Assembly: GCA_964187785.1 (NCBI GenBank)
Contig: OZ076411.1
Location: forward strand, 8,122,001 to 8,186,000
Direction: 5' to 3'
Length of the DNA: 64,000 bases
From: Amphiscolops sp. MND2022
Lineage: Eukaryota
Numbering within the stretch: position 1 is the first letter of the stretch; every line of letters starts with the position of its first letter. The notes under the pieces were generated by a model. That model was not told the DNA's origin. It searched no databases and saw only the letters and a program-made list of their open reading frames with translations. A program made the position numbers and the translations under genes. Of this stretch, positions 1 to 12,399 are shown piece by piece.

Positions 1-1494
1 AACGCGACAATAACTTTCAAATCGGCGCCCGCTCAAAGTTCAAAAAGCGCAGTTTCTCAAATATGCTAAAAAGCGGCTACGAGAAAACTCAGAAATCTGA
101 CAGAACTGGAAATAATCGTTTCGGCGTTTCAAGTTTAAAACCACCAAAATTTGTGAAAAAAATAGCCTACCCAGTATGCAAAATTGAAAATTTTGTTTCA
201 GTTGGTAATGTTGCGTCACAAACTTTGTTACGAAGATGGATATCAACTGCGACGACGCTCTAACCTGACAGTACACCGAGAAGTCGAAAAATTGACAAAA
301 TTTTGGCAATTTTTTCAAAGTTTCATTTCTCCACAAATAGTCGCAGCTCAAACCGGTTTTCTGTTCCTGAAAGCCCTTTACCTAACCTTTCAAATGCACA
401 CTAGTTAGGTCGCGAGTTGGCGCCACTTGTTGGGGTGAGCGCCACAGTTGCCGGTCAAACACATAACTGAATCTTCATTGAAAAAACTTCTATATGCGAC
501 TTCAATGGTGGCCTGCTGTATTATTAGAGTGGGACAGTAACTTAGCAAACAGTTGCTCAGTTATTGAGAAAAAAACGAATTTTCTGAAAGGTACTTTTTT
601 GCAATTTTTCACTTTTTTCAGTTACTTTTTTGCCAGTGGCTCGGAAAAAATCTATATTGACACAAATAACAATTCACACCAGATAGTCCAATAGATTGTC
701 GATAAGAAAGACAATTTCTCGTTTTCCTCTATGCTTTTTGCGTGTCGTAATTTATTGATTTTGAAAAAATCGGTCCTCATTTGAGGACGAAATCACTGTC
801 GAGGCTAAGGAGATAAAACTACGACTGTACATTACTAATTCTTTGAATGATAAGTGAGTGATTTTTATCATATGTGGTTGTTTATTAGCAAGAACGATCT
901 CAAGAAACCATATGAGCTTCAAGTAAGAATGTGCCACTTCGGGCATCTTAACAATTCAACTACTACAGACAACGAAACTTTTAACTATGAGAGTCGGACA
1001 CTTGTTCTTACAAAAAGCGCTCCAATAAATGGAACCCAATCAGTGAATTGTACACGTTACGTGATACACAACAGGATACACGATTTTTTGCTTTTTTTAT
1101 ACACAAATCTACACGATACACTATTTTTGAAATATACACAAAATTACACCATAATTAAATTGAGCGCGTGAGTGTGGGTGGTACTTTTAGCCATTCCAGT
1201 AAGCTCAGGAGCAGTCGAAAGTCTATTTTCTCAATGTAACATACGATGCGCAAATAGAAGAAACCGTATGTCGCGAAAAAACTTCGAAATTTTGGTTCAA
1301 ATTGTTCTTTATAATGAATAAATTGAAATTCAAACTTTCGAAGTTCTTTTATTTTTCAAAAACAATACACGAATACACGTAACTGTTTTTGCAAATACAC
1401 GAAAAACTTGATACACGACAATTCACTGAACCCAATACGTTTCCACAAAAAATGCACAATGAAATTCTCATCAACAGCCAGTACAAACGTGTAC

Positions 1495-3527
1495 CTCTAC
1501 TGCACCAGTTGTATTTATTCTCTAACCGACTAGGAGCCCTTCTGGAAGGCTCGGGGGTGGCAGATCTGGATGATTGGGTCTTGTTCAGACTGGCCAGGGT
1601 GCTGGGTGTGGGAACGGGGACATCCGGTCGCTGGGGCAGGGGTCTCTCCCGGAGGGTGAACGAGTTGGCCCGGGCGTGGGTGTGTGCATCCACGACGTAG
1701 TTGGGCGGATCTGTGATCATTGAAGTACTTGGCACGTGACTGAATGGAGGAACGGGTGGCGGAGGGGGCGGGGGTAGCACTGGTCTCGATGAAAGAGTGC
1801 CGAACTCTGTCGGCATTTGGCGAGTGTTGTAACCTATGATGAAATTAAACTTAATTAACTATTTAATTAAAAGTCTTTCCAACTATAAAATTACACAAAA
1901 ATACAATCTCTTTGAATTTCTCGTCCCCGTTTTTCTTAAATGACCAGGTGCAACAAAATTCATACGTAGGAAAATTTTAAAAATCATTAAAATTTTAGAA
2001 CATTGCAAAGGTAAAAGAGTCCAGTTGCTTTGGTGAATATATCTATTTATGAATCATTTTTGGCATCGTTGTGTTCAACAGGCAGCAATTTATGACATGT
2101 GATATCTTTTTCGAACATTTTGCCACGGTCAGAAGTGGAAGAACCGGTTAATAAGCCAATTAAACAACTGATGTTGGTTTGCACAGTAGTGATATTATTA
2201 TTAAAAGCAACGTAAGGCAAATCTCAAGATCAATTATCTCAAAAACGGCAGCGATTTTTGACAAATGGTAAAACTAAAACTTTTAGATTTTTATCTAGTT
2301 TACGAATATGTTTGTTTACGACATTTAGGGCACTAGGGGTATGTGAACATAGCTGACTAGGGGAAATTGAAAAACTCATTTTTTCATCTTTGAACGGACT
2401 TCGTTACGGTTCGAACCCGTTAGCCAATCAGATTGCAGAGAATTATACAGTGCTAAGTATTTTTCGGTGAAACCTTTTGTTTTTTTTCGGCGAAGTGGAT
2501 ATTCGGCCAAGTGGGAAGCTCCCAATCCGCCTAATTCGTATCGCTAGAGACTGAATAAAACAGTACGAATAATGCGAAATACGAATTAGTCGGATGAAAT
2601 TACTTCGGTCATTGCGAAATGGGGGTCTCAGATACTTACGAATAAAACGAAGATCCGAATTATCCGGATACGAATTAACCGGAATGGACTGTATCACTAC
2701 TTTAATGGAAGCAGAATGTGTAATTAGAAATTATAGATACCTGCAAATGTTGCAATATGCGACTTCGAATGCCTGTGATAGTTCACTGGAAGAGTCTTAA
2801 TTGCACTTGGAATTTGCTGCTGCTGCTGAGAGAAGTCCACTGCTTGCTCAGCACTGCTTCCACCGGAATGAGGAGGAGAATGGTAAGATGTCGCAACGTC
2901 AAAACACACAGAATTGTTCACATCCGACTCGAAAGCAGTTGTACCACCGCCACCACTACTGCTGCCGCCGCTGACAGGACACCGTCTAAACACCTTCAAA
3001 CTTGTGTTGCTCCCGGAATTCTGCAGATTCTGACCCCCGTAAGTGCCGCTGTTGGTGGGTGTGGTGGGTCCATTCGAAGATACGGAACTTGTCTGCTTCT
3101 TAGCTCGACTGCTGGGCAACGGGTTTATCATCAGCGGAACCCGCCTGCACGACCCATTTTCAGCCGGCGAGTCCCGTTTCATCTTCTCATACTCGTCGTA
3201 AATGATCTGAGCGTAATACACTGACGTCTGCGAGCTGCTATGGTTGCTAGTTTCGTTGCTGTTGTTGTTTTTATCGTCCTTCTTCTTGCCTTCTGTGGTC
3301 CAACCATTTTTGTCAGTGGGACTTCCTGTTTCAGAAGGTGAGGAAAGAATCGGATCCGAGCTCCTCATTTTCGGCGATTGCGACAAACTTGCTTCGTGGT
3401 CTGAACCTCCATATACGGAAGTTTCTTGGACGTTAGCAGCCGAGTTGAGTGAAAGTTGGTCCAAGGAGGCCGAAAGCGGAGATCCGATCTCCAGAACGTG
3501 GTAAAAAGGCTCGGTCTGCTCAACCAT
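1495..3527 (-). CDS. Spliced gene for a Ser/Pro-rich low-complexity protein, unidentified. Exons 3527-2741 and 1833-1495; further 3' exons not resolved
   Basis: ORFs 2724..3527 and 1349..1816 join in frame (phase 1) using donor GCAG|GTAT at 2741/2740 and acceptor TCATAG|GTTAC at 1834/1833 (…IATFAG-YNTRQMPTEF…). Second donor AGAG|GTAC at 1495. No recognisable domain. Confidence 0.6.
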
Positions 3528-4072
3528 TGTGACAGTTACTTGATCATCTGGTTTGGGTGGAATTGTTTAGTGTGGTTGGCACGTAAAACTAATAACTACT
3601 TCACATAATAAATTACTAAATCTGAAACAGACAAAACTAATATTACCGCGTGAAATACAAGCATGCAACAAAAGAACGGTGACGAACACGATATAATTAT
3701 TGAGATACAAGTCGTCCGTTCACAACAATTTTAAATTGCAAAATGAGATTGAAACTATAACTAATTTCAATCACACATAAGTAACTTTGAAAAATTTACA
3801 ACAAAACAGTTTCATGCAAATTCGCAAGAGTTTCATGTTGCGTGAAATGAGATAAACAGTGAACCATACTTCGTGTGACAATGTTCGTTTGCTAGATTGA
3901 CTAGCTCGCAACGACCGCGATTCTTGAATCTGACCGCGTCTGTAATTTTCACAAGCATCGCTTCGTTAAACACGGCGGCGAAACTCGCTTCATCATCTTG
4001 TCTCAGATGAGCAAACATTGCGAGGATTTGATGGTTTAATCATTTGACACTTCAAATAAACTTCGGATCAAA

Positions 4073-4972
4073 TCATGTTTGACCATGTTTCTTGCAAAAG
4101 GGAAACTTGCGAAGAATACCTCTCATCTCTTCTTGTTCCTTGCCTTGGAAACTCTTCCAAAGTTCAAAGAAAAGCATAATATCATTAACTAGAACGGCTA
4201 ACTGGTCCAAATCTACCGCGGTGCAATCCGCAAACCATGTTTTGTGTTCGCTAGATAAAGACCCAAGTCCTGCGCCGTTCATAACTTCCAATGTTGATAT
4301 GGTATTGTGCGTAATAGCCCCGCTGCTTTGTTTTCTGTAAGTACATGCCGCAATTAACAGGGCAGCAAATGCAAGCATGAAAGGCGGTTGGGTTAAAATG
4401 AGGTCTGATTTCAAAATATCGTTGATAACAAGCCAAGACGCTTTCAGCAGCTCGTTGTTATGGTCTCCGATATCTTCGCAAAACTGGGCCAGAGGTCTAT
4501 AGGGCTGGAAAACTATGAGACAACAGTCGAGAACTTCCATAAGGAGAAATTCACAGTCATGGATATCGCTCACTTTGTAAGGGTACTCTTCGAAACCGAG
4601 AACGGGTTTAAAGTAAGCAGACTTCAGAACCGCCGCGCATTTTTCTATCAAACGACTGTTTGGAGAAGCGCCAACCTCTTCTACTTTAGAGGCCAGGAAA
4701 AGACACGATGGACACAGCAGTAAGGGGTCAATGTCCTTTAGCGAATACTTGTAATAGAATCGTTTGAAGTATATGATGGCAGTGGCAATAACCTGCTGTC
4801 TGACTTTCAATTCTTCGCCGATTGCTTGAATAAGTTGACCAAAGAAAATGTGAACTTTCTGATACTCTTCTGATGTTAGCTTCTGTAAATCACCTTGTCT
4901 ACCAAGAAGCATGTCTTCTTTGTCAAACAACCATTGTCGAAAATGAGAACTCTTCCAAAAGTTTCCAGACAT
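4073..4972 (-). CDS. CCNC: Cyclin C, intronless; true start is MSGNFWKSSH at 4972
   Basis: N-terminus MSGNFWKSSHFRQW, cyclin box RQQVIATAIIYFKRFY, DPLLLCPSCLFLASKVEE, CCLIVFQPYRPL match the cyclin C family. Confidence 0.95.
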   Translation of the reverse strand: MSGNFWKSSHFRQWLFDKEDMLLGRQGDLQKLTSEEYQKVHIFFGQLIQAIGEELKVRQQVIATAIIYFKRFYYKYSLKDIDPLLLCPSCLFLASKVEEVGASPNSRLIEKCAAVLKSAYFKPVLGFEEYPYKVSDIHDCEFLLMEVLDCCLIVFQPYRPLAQFCEDIGDHNNELLKASWLVINDILKSDLILTQPPFMLAFAALLIAACTYRKQSSGAITHNTISTLEVMNGAGLGSLSSEHKTWFADCTAVDLDQLAVLVNDIMLFFELWKSFQGKEQEEMRGILRKFPFCKKHGQT

Positions 4973-5134
4973 TTTCAGAACCGGAAAAAAAACAGCTACA
5001 TAATTGCCACATTCATAAATTTTCTGATAAATCGAGCAGATCTCATAGTTTATATTAACAGCCAAGTTTGAAGAAAGCATACAAAAGCCACAAAAATAAG
5101 TTTCACGAACGATATTTAAAATATTTGATATAAA

Positions 5135-6598
5135 CTAATCATGATTTAAAGGCCACTCTAAATTAACATTAGCAACATCAAGTTGAACAATATCAATTTT
5201 CCGCCCTAGAATATCAGAAACAGAGGGTTTTGTTCTCCCCAAATCGCCATGCACCCATTCTTTGATGTAAGTTCCAGCTTCAGATGCTAACTGTAATTTC
5301 ATATAATGAGGATTGTTTTCAACCAAGCAAGGTTCACACCATAAAATCTTCCGTTTCCTGTTTAATAAGGCTCGTCGATGCAAGACCCGCAGCGGCGTTT
5401 TCTGACAAATTTCTACGTCACAAAGTTTCAACTTGTGCAAATCGGATTCTGAAAATGGAGAATCTTTGCAAAACAACAGTGCCAGATATTCTTTAGATTT
5501 CTCCTTTTCACCGTCGCGTAAATGAATCAAATTTTGCTTGGGTACTAAATGCAAAACTCGTACTTCAACTTGAGATAAAGCTTGAGTATTAATCACACGT
5601 TCGATATTTTCCAATTCATGCTTCTCAAAAGAAAACTTTCGAGGTTGCACTAATTCAACCACAAAGGGTCTTCCATTACCCAACATTTGAACATCGACAT
5701 CTTCGCGTCCAGATGACCGGAAAAAAGAATTCTCACATTTGCAAAAATCTTTGAGAGGCTGGGAAATAAGTTCTTCAACAGACAAATCGCCCTTGCGCTT
5801 TCCATTGATGAACCACGGCGTTTGGCTCAAAGAGCGACTGAACTTCAAATACCGTCCTCCTATGAAAATGGAGGGAATGTGAACGCTCAGTTGGAACTGA
5901 ACTTGGCCACTACTGGCCATGGATTTGAGGAGCAAAGATACAATTTGTTCACGTGGTAAGGACTGATGTTGCAAAACAGAATTGACAGAATCGATGAAGC
6001 ATTGACGGTCAATATCGTTGCCATTTTCCACAGAGATCTTCATTTTCTTCGCAGAAGGCTTCAGGGCTGCTTTTTCTGGAAGCAAAAAACTGTAAGTGTT
6101 GGGCTTTGGTGGAATTATCACAACCTTAAGTGAGGGTCCGTTGCTAACCCCACTGTCATCCGTGAATACATCCGGATGTGTAACATTCAGCGCATCACAC
6201 AGCATTTCCCTGAAGTAGTCTTTGACTGGATACCTTTTGGTGTCGACAAAAAATTGAACATTTGCTGGAAGTTTGCTGTCATCGATGGAATCGCCAGTTG
6301 AGAGCAGCTGGTCCCAGAGGAAATAATTCAGAAAGACCACGTCAGGTACATGTACGCTAACAAAAAACTGTTTATGACCCCCCACTTGGAATTCTTTCAC
6401 GCATCGAAACGCAGCCTCGAGCAGGGATCCGTTGCTCTGCAAGACCCCGTAACACAAAACACATGTCAAGTCATTGTTACCTTCTTTTATTTCATAGACA
6501 GGCAGAAACGAAGAAGGCGAATTAGTCGTGAGCACTTTATTCAAACACACTGAACATATACTCATACCATCGTGGTCAACGTCGCCTTTTTCGTCCAT
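5135..6598 (-). CDS. PUS10: tRNA pseudouridine synthase Pus10, intronless
   Basis: GGRYLKFSRSLSQTPW, SSGREDVDVQMLGNGRPF (catalytic Asp), QKTPLRVLHRR, AGTYIKEWVHGDLGRTKPS, plus N-terminal Cys pairs. Confidence 0.95.
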   Translation of the reverse strand: MDEKGDVDHDGMSICSVCLNKVLTTNSPSSFLPVYEIKEGNNDLTCVLCYGVLQSNGSLLEAAFRCVKEFQVGGHKQFFVSVHVPDVVFLNYFLWDQLLSTGDSIDDSKLPANVQFFVDTKRYPVKDYFREMLCDALNVTHPDVFTDDSGVSNGPSLKVVIIPPKPNTYSFLLPEKAALKPSAKKMKISVENGNDIDRQCFIDSVNSVLQHQSLPREQIVSLLLKSMASSGQVQFQLSVHIPSIFIGGRYLKFSRSLSQTPWFINGKRKGDLSVEELISQPLKDFCKCENSFFRSSGREDVDVQMLGNGRPFVVELVQPRKFSFEKHELENIERVINTQALSQVEVRVLHLVPKQNLIHLRDGEKEKSKEYLALLFCKDSPFSESDLHKLKLCDVEICQKTPLRVLHRRALLNRKRKILWCEPCLVENNPHYMKLQLASEAGTYIKEWVHGDLGRTKPSVSDILGRKIDIVQLDVANVNLEWPLNHD

Positions 6599-7801
6599 AA
6601 CGTGATCTTTAAAGGCAAATGAAAATTAAGTTATTAGAGTAACTTTATTTGACAAATCGGTTAAAAAGTCCAATGGTTAAACGCTTAACAATAACCATAT
6701 GGTTGAACCATAGTAGGGGTTGTTAAATTCAGCAATTTTTCAACAAATGGTATTCGGTCGAAAATTGTAAAATTGAAAAAGATTTGAGAAAGCGAAAACT
6801 TTGTTGTGGAATACAGGAATTCTAAAACAATTCACAATCTGAAGAGGGAAGGACAATTCGAAAGCCCTTCAAACTTTTGGCAATTGGCGTATTAGCAACA
6901 GATCATTCCGGAAAGATTGCTAATTCCCAGTGGTTGAATAACTACTTTAGCGTCGAAATCGCTCAACCATAACATATTTTAAAATTTTAATGATGGTTAA
7001 ATGGTTGAACGTAGTTGAATATTCAATCAACAAGGAAAGACGGAAAACGGGGTTCTATTTGATATCTCGGGAATAGTACCGAACGTTTTACCGAACATCA
7101 CTGACACGAGACATGAACATGTAACACCGGAAAAACTCAACACCCACTGAACAGCAGGAAATTTCCCGCCCGGACTTATTTCTGCAACGACATACTTTTA
7201 GGTTTCAAGCGTAGTCAATAAACAACTAACTTGCAGAAGTTCGGATGAATTTAAAGATTTGTCCGAACAAGACTATGCTAAATAGCTAATTTTGTTGTTG
7301 AGCAACGTGAAAACTCCGAAAGACAAACGTCCGAAAACTACAATTTCCACAAAAACGGTCAGAAACTGTTACACTTTTTACATTGTTTGCTGGATACTCC
7401 TCACAATAGGATACGGCACCATGTTTATAGCCAAATGGTTACAAAAGATCGGCTTTGGTTACAAAAGAAGCTGTGATCTCGAAGTGACTTACTCAAGGTC
7501 TGACTGATCGCCAATGCTTTTTTTCTTCGTCGTTTCTTTATCATGACCACTGAACTATATGGGCAAGAGATGCCCAAAAACGGACATGAGTGAGTTAAAG
7601 AAGATTTGAAACTTATTCTAGCAGAGGCCTGATGTTTTAACCACTACACCAAAAATGATTCCCAAGAACTGAAACTTTGGGGTACGGAAAACTCAACACA
7701 TTCAATTCAGTTAACTTCAGTTAACACCACAATTGAGTTTAATTTTCAAAATTGTTTAATCCGTATATTTTCCGTTTACACTTCGTCACGATTGCCACTC
7801 C

Positions 7802-8630
7802 ATGGATTTAGTTGAACTTTCTAAAAGCCAACGAAACAGACCAATTGCTATCAGGCTTGGTTACATCTATAATTTGCACAGAGCCTCTAACGAGAAGCAA
7901 GATTGGTGATGTAAGGAATACTTTAAAAAGAAATGCCCCTCAACCATTCAGACGAAAGGCGATATTTTGATTAAGTCAAAATACATCCACAATCATTCCC
8001 ACGATCCTGATGAAGCGAGCGCTCACATGGCCTATTCAAAAATGAAAGATTGGGCCAAATCAAGGCCAAGTGAATTCCCTGGTCAAATAATGGAAATTTT
8101 TCGATAGAATTACAAGATGAAACAATATCTAAAATGCCAGCTTCAGATCATTTGAAAAAGACCACAAAAGAGCGAATTTGCCGCCTTTCCCAGTCAATTT
8201 AGGATGTCACATTCCCGGATAATTTGATTTCCTGTGAGTACGGAGATCACCAAAAAAACATGTTGATATTTGATTTTTGTTCAGTTTTCGTGTGTTGAGT
8301 TTTCTGGTAATCGAAACTTTAGATACTTTCTGATCATTTGACACTTTTCCGATTTCTTGAACAAAAAATCCAAAAATTCTTTGAAAACGTGCGCTGAGTA
8401 GCCTAAGGAGCTAATTGTTTTACTTCAACTCCGTGGATCTTCATATACATGGAAAATCCAAAAGTTGCACAAACACTTCAATTGTTCGAAAATTGATTTA
8501 TTGGTTCATCTAAGCTCGAAAATTGATTTATTGGTTCATCTAAGCTTTTTTCGGAAAAAACTACTCAATTTCTCTTCGGGAAGTATGCTAACTTTCATTT
8601 ACGTGGTATTTCATACTCACCAAAACATCC
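7802..8630 (+). pseudogene. Decayed FLYWCH-domain Mutator-like (MULE) transposase relic
   Basis: Manual translation from ATG 7802: MDLVELSKSQRNRPIAIRLGYIYNLHRASNEKQDW*CKEYFKKKCPSTIQTKGDILIKSKYIHNHSH. This is the FLYWCH pattern W-R-C…C…HNH with a TGA at the Arg position, followed by frameshifted MULE-like segments (…NMLIFD…, …LRGISY…). No TIRs found. Confidence 0.65.
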
Positions 8631-10128
8631 AGAAATGAGACAAACAATTCATGGAGCCGTCAAAAATTATGATACCATACCTTTGGTTAATCTTCAGGCA
8701 AATTTTTTGATTTTTTTCCTCTTCTCGTCTACTTCTTTCTATTTAATTGAAATAGTTTTTTTAAAAATAAAGGGACCGTGCGAATTGAAACCCGTTTTTC
8801 ATGTTGGGACAAATATGAAAGAAGCCCGTTGCTAAAAGGAGGGCGAAAAGAAAAAAGTTGAAGAGGGTGTCGTGTACGCTGCAAGCTGCAGAGCCTCCTT
8901 TCGAACTTTTGATTGAGAAAACGTAACGATCTACGGAACAGTACACATAAGTTTTGAATAAAAAACCTCAAATTTCTTGCTCAGGGTCTTGCTAATAAAA
9001 AGGTCCTAAGTAAAAAATCTGTGTATGGTAAGACCGATTGAAAAATTTTTGGTAAGACCGATTGAAAAATCCAAAATTTGATGAAAAGTTTCGAAATTTG
9101 TTATCAAAATTTCCGAGATGCCTTGTCGCTTTTTTTGCGCAATCATATATTCAAACCTAGAATTTTTCCCTTAAAAAGTATGCTCAGTAAAGACTTATTC
9201 TATCTCGCTGCACAGTAATGTCCACCAAAACAACCATATCTTGAACAAAAATTGCATAAAAACAAGCAAAATTGAAAAACTTTGCTCTTTTTGGGCATTT
9301 TTGAAGGACGACTGTCGGATTGCTTCAATAGAAGGTATCTCAAACAAGTGAATGTTCTGTTTTGGTAGATGTTCATTTTTACAGAAAAAAAATGAAAAAA
9401 GTCCAGAAATTTATTAAAACAATTGATAGTTTTCGATTTTTGACCTTTTTTGAACAAAAAACATCAAATTTCTCTCGTGTTAGGTAAGATGGCTTGTGGT
9501 TTTGTAAATCGGTGGACATTCCTTACTTGGAGACAATCAAAAACTATACAAAAATAGCATAAAAAAGTCAAAAATATGCAAATTTCGCCGTCATTTTCCA
9601 AAAAAAGTTAAATATCTTTATATATAAAAATTTATCTTATGAACCTAATTTTATGACAGTTGAATTCTGTGGAACATTTTTTTGTATAATAATTGAACAT
9701 GGCAATATTTGAAAAAAAAACGTAACTGAGTTAGTAACATTCCTTCCCAATCTACGGGCGGAAAAAAACTAATACCTTTCATACATGGATCAACTAGTAA
9801 CGGCAACCAAATAATTTTTTTCAGCGATACATCCTTCGTCAAGATTGCTCTACAAATGAAGCCCGTTATAAATTGGGAACATTAAAACCCTAAACAGCGA
9901 CAAGCTTTACACCTGCAGAGAGAATTCATTAAAACTAGGATGCAAAATTAAATGCAAATTCAAGATAACAAAGTTTTAAAGAAACAATGCGATTGAAATT
10001 CATTAAACCAAGTTCATTAGCAATCGTATAAAAATACATTGATGAAGGCATGCAAAAACCATGCAGTCATTATTACAAATTAAGATCAAGAATTGAAAAA
10101 TATATCAAAAATAGAAATTATTTTTAGA

Positions 10129-11250
10129 CTACTTGGCACTGCTCGAAGATTCTGCTCGCAGTTTGGGCATGACAATGAAACTTTGACTGACGAAAGTCTC
10201 GTTTCCGTCATGCTTCAACTTCCGATGTTCCGTCAAAAAATCTTTGCGATAGAAACTCTGGCTGCAGAACTCGCAACTGATTGTCTGCAACTTTAGATGC
10301 TTCTGTAACAGATGACGCTTCATAGTAGACTGGACATTGAACTCCTTTCCACAAATATTACAAGGAAAACTTAATTTGGTGCACACTGTTTCGTTAACTT
10401 TGAGGTCATTAGCTTGGTCCCCTCTAAGATTGATGTCAACAGACTGTGAGTTTTCAGGATTCGACTGGTCTCTTACCTCTGTGTTATCTCTGGAATACTC
10501 AATAAATTCCAGTCCCGAATGCTTCGGTTTTTGTAAGAACACAACGGGCGCCTTTCCATCAACGAGGCCATTCATATCTGCTTTAACAACACATTTCGTC
10601 TTATGGTCCTCTGATTGCTTTTTGTTGTTTTCAGTCTGACAATTTCCATTGACAGCCACTTTCAAATCAACACTTTGGCAAAAATTGAACCACTCATTGA
10701 GCAAGTCTCCGTTTTCATTTTCAAAAAATTTTGAACTGGAGCCTCTTGATGACAGAATAGCTGAAACCTTTTTTCCTTGCTGTGAAGACAAGGAGAGCAC
10801 AATGCAATGCATATTGAATCCCGTGAATAAAAAATCTAACGTTTCAGAAAGCAATGCAAAGCATTTGTAGAAAGAAGTTGCAACAGACGGGTCTTGGTCA
10901 CTCGTACTTCCTGAATTGCCATTCTTGATATTGCAGTGAAATGCTGCACAATCAGACACTTCCGAAAAGCTGAGCATTGATCGTGACAAGAAATAACTTT
11001 CGCTGATGACATCTGGAAAACAAAACTTCTTAGAAAAAGCGTCCCAACTGGATAAAATTTTCAACCGGAAAAACTCATTGGATAGAAATCCACCGGCAAT
11101 CCCAGGCGAAGTGTACGCAATCACTGAATTTTGAGGAACAGATTTGAAGGATGACAAAACGACAAAATGTATTTTGTTTTCAGCGTTTAGAAACTCGATT
11201 GTTTCCTTCAGCAGCAAAAAACCACTCCCATTCCTGTGTCCGACCACCAT
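10129..11250 (-). CDS. C2H2 zinc-finger protein (two C-terminal fingers)
   Basis: CNICGKEFNVQSTMKRHLLQKH and CEFCSQSFYRKDFLTEHRKLKH. A pyrimidine-rich TTTTCAG acceptor lies just upstream of the ATG. Confidence 0.75.
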   Translation of the reverse strand: MVVGHRNGSGFLLLKETIEFLNAENKIHFVVLSSFKSVPQNSVIAYTSPGIAGGFLSNEFFRLKILSSWDAFSKKFCFPDVISESYFLSRSMLSFSEVSDCAAFHCNIKNGNSGSTSDQDPSVATSFYKCFALLSETLDFLFTGFNMHCIVLSLSSQQGKKVSAILSSRGSSSKFFENENGDLLNEWFNFCQSVDLKVAVNGNCQTENNKKQSEDHKTKCVVKADMNGLVDGKAPVVFLQKPKHSGLEFIEYSRDNTEVRDQSNPENSQSVDINLRGDQANDLKVNETVCTKLSFPCNICGKEFNVQSTMKRHLLQKHLKLQTISCEFCSQSFYRKDFLTEHRKLKHDGNETFVSQSFIVMPKLRAESSSSAK

Positions 11251-12214
11251 TCATTGGACTGAAAACAAAACGAAGCGTGGATCGCAGATTACAAGCAAAG
11301 TATCAGTGAAACATATTTTTAGAAAATATTCAACGCCAGAAACAAACAATTTACACACAAAGAAAGTGATAACTCGCGAAAACTCTCCGATGGCAGGTAA
11401 CGAAAAAGACACTAACGAAGAAGGTATAAACTTCTTTTGATTGAGAACATTCAAGATCACCTGCTCCTAGAAAAACAGGCCTGGAAAAATCTAGGTAACA
11501 AAGCCTGATTGATCGCACAAAGAATAATAAAAAGATTTATCGCAAAAAGAAGAATCACAATCATAATAAAATATACGTTAAAACGAAAGAAAATTATAGA
11601 ACCACAAAAATAAGTTTCTGTTGTTGTTTTCTGGATTCCCATTTCTGATTCATTAAACACTCATTCAGGTGTTGCGGCAGTTTTGGCTGTCACACGCGAT
11701 TGTCCAAGAGCAAATCAAACTTTCATTGTAGAAATTTCTTATGTAGCTCCACATAGTCTAACAGCCGATTTTTGAGACCATCTGAATTAAAGAAGTCCAC
11801 ATAGTGGGGTGGATGATTTACAACTCTGCAAGTCCTGAAACAAAATTCAGAGCGAGCCCGTTCTGTTCGCAAGGTGGAAAGCTTGAAACTTGTGTGTCTG
11901 CGATTGTTTTTCAGTTTCATAAAGCTTTCTTTCGCCTGTATTTTGATGCCAAGGTCGAAGGCACGGGATCGAAAATCAGAGTTAGTCCTCAGGTCGACAT
12001 ACCAAATTTTTGAATGGGATCGAAACAACTCGCATCGAAATTTTTATAACGTAGTCAGATATGTTCACATACCCCTAGTGCCCTGAATGCAGGAGCGAAG
12101 CGAAGCGGAGCGACGTACCATATGGCCATGCCTCAATGTTGCTACTTGCCGAAGGGAGCGAAGCGATCGAGCCATACAACAAATACGATAAAATTCGACC
12201 GCATTCCATTCGAT
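10970..12214. repeat. Segment A of a ~1.7-kb tandem duplication; second copy at 34757-36024
   Basis: Near-identical sequence from ctgagcattgatcgtgac to gcattccattcgat at both loci. Includes the ZnF gene 5' part and an old CR1-like 3' fragment. Confidence 0.9.
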
Positions 12215-12399
12215 GGCTTCGGGCAATAAGTTCGATTTACTAAGTTCGAATGTGAACTAGTGGAATAAGTTCGAATAGGAATAGTTTCGAGACACCAAGT
12301 TCGAATTTTCATATCGGGCATATTCGGTGTGTCAAGAAAAAATTATTACCGCTTTTCCCCTGCTCAAATTCAACGCAACCTTCGACGTTACGCCTTCAT

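Noticed and set aside
40-1171. Downstream exons of the first gene
   Set aside because: Candidate exons (about 170-265 and 750-1050) could not be joined in the required phase with confidence.
2446-2692. Possible Tc1/mariner MITE (TACAGT…ACTGTA) in the intron
   Set aside because: Only 6 bp of terminal match; not enough to support a call.
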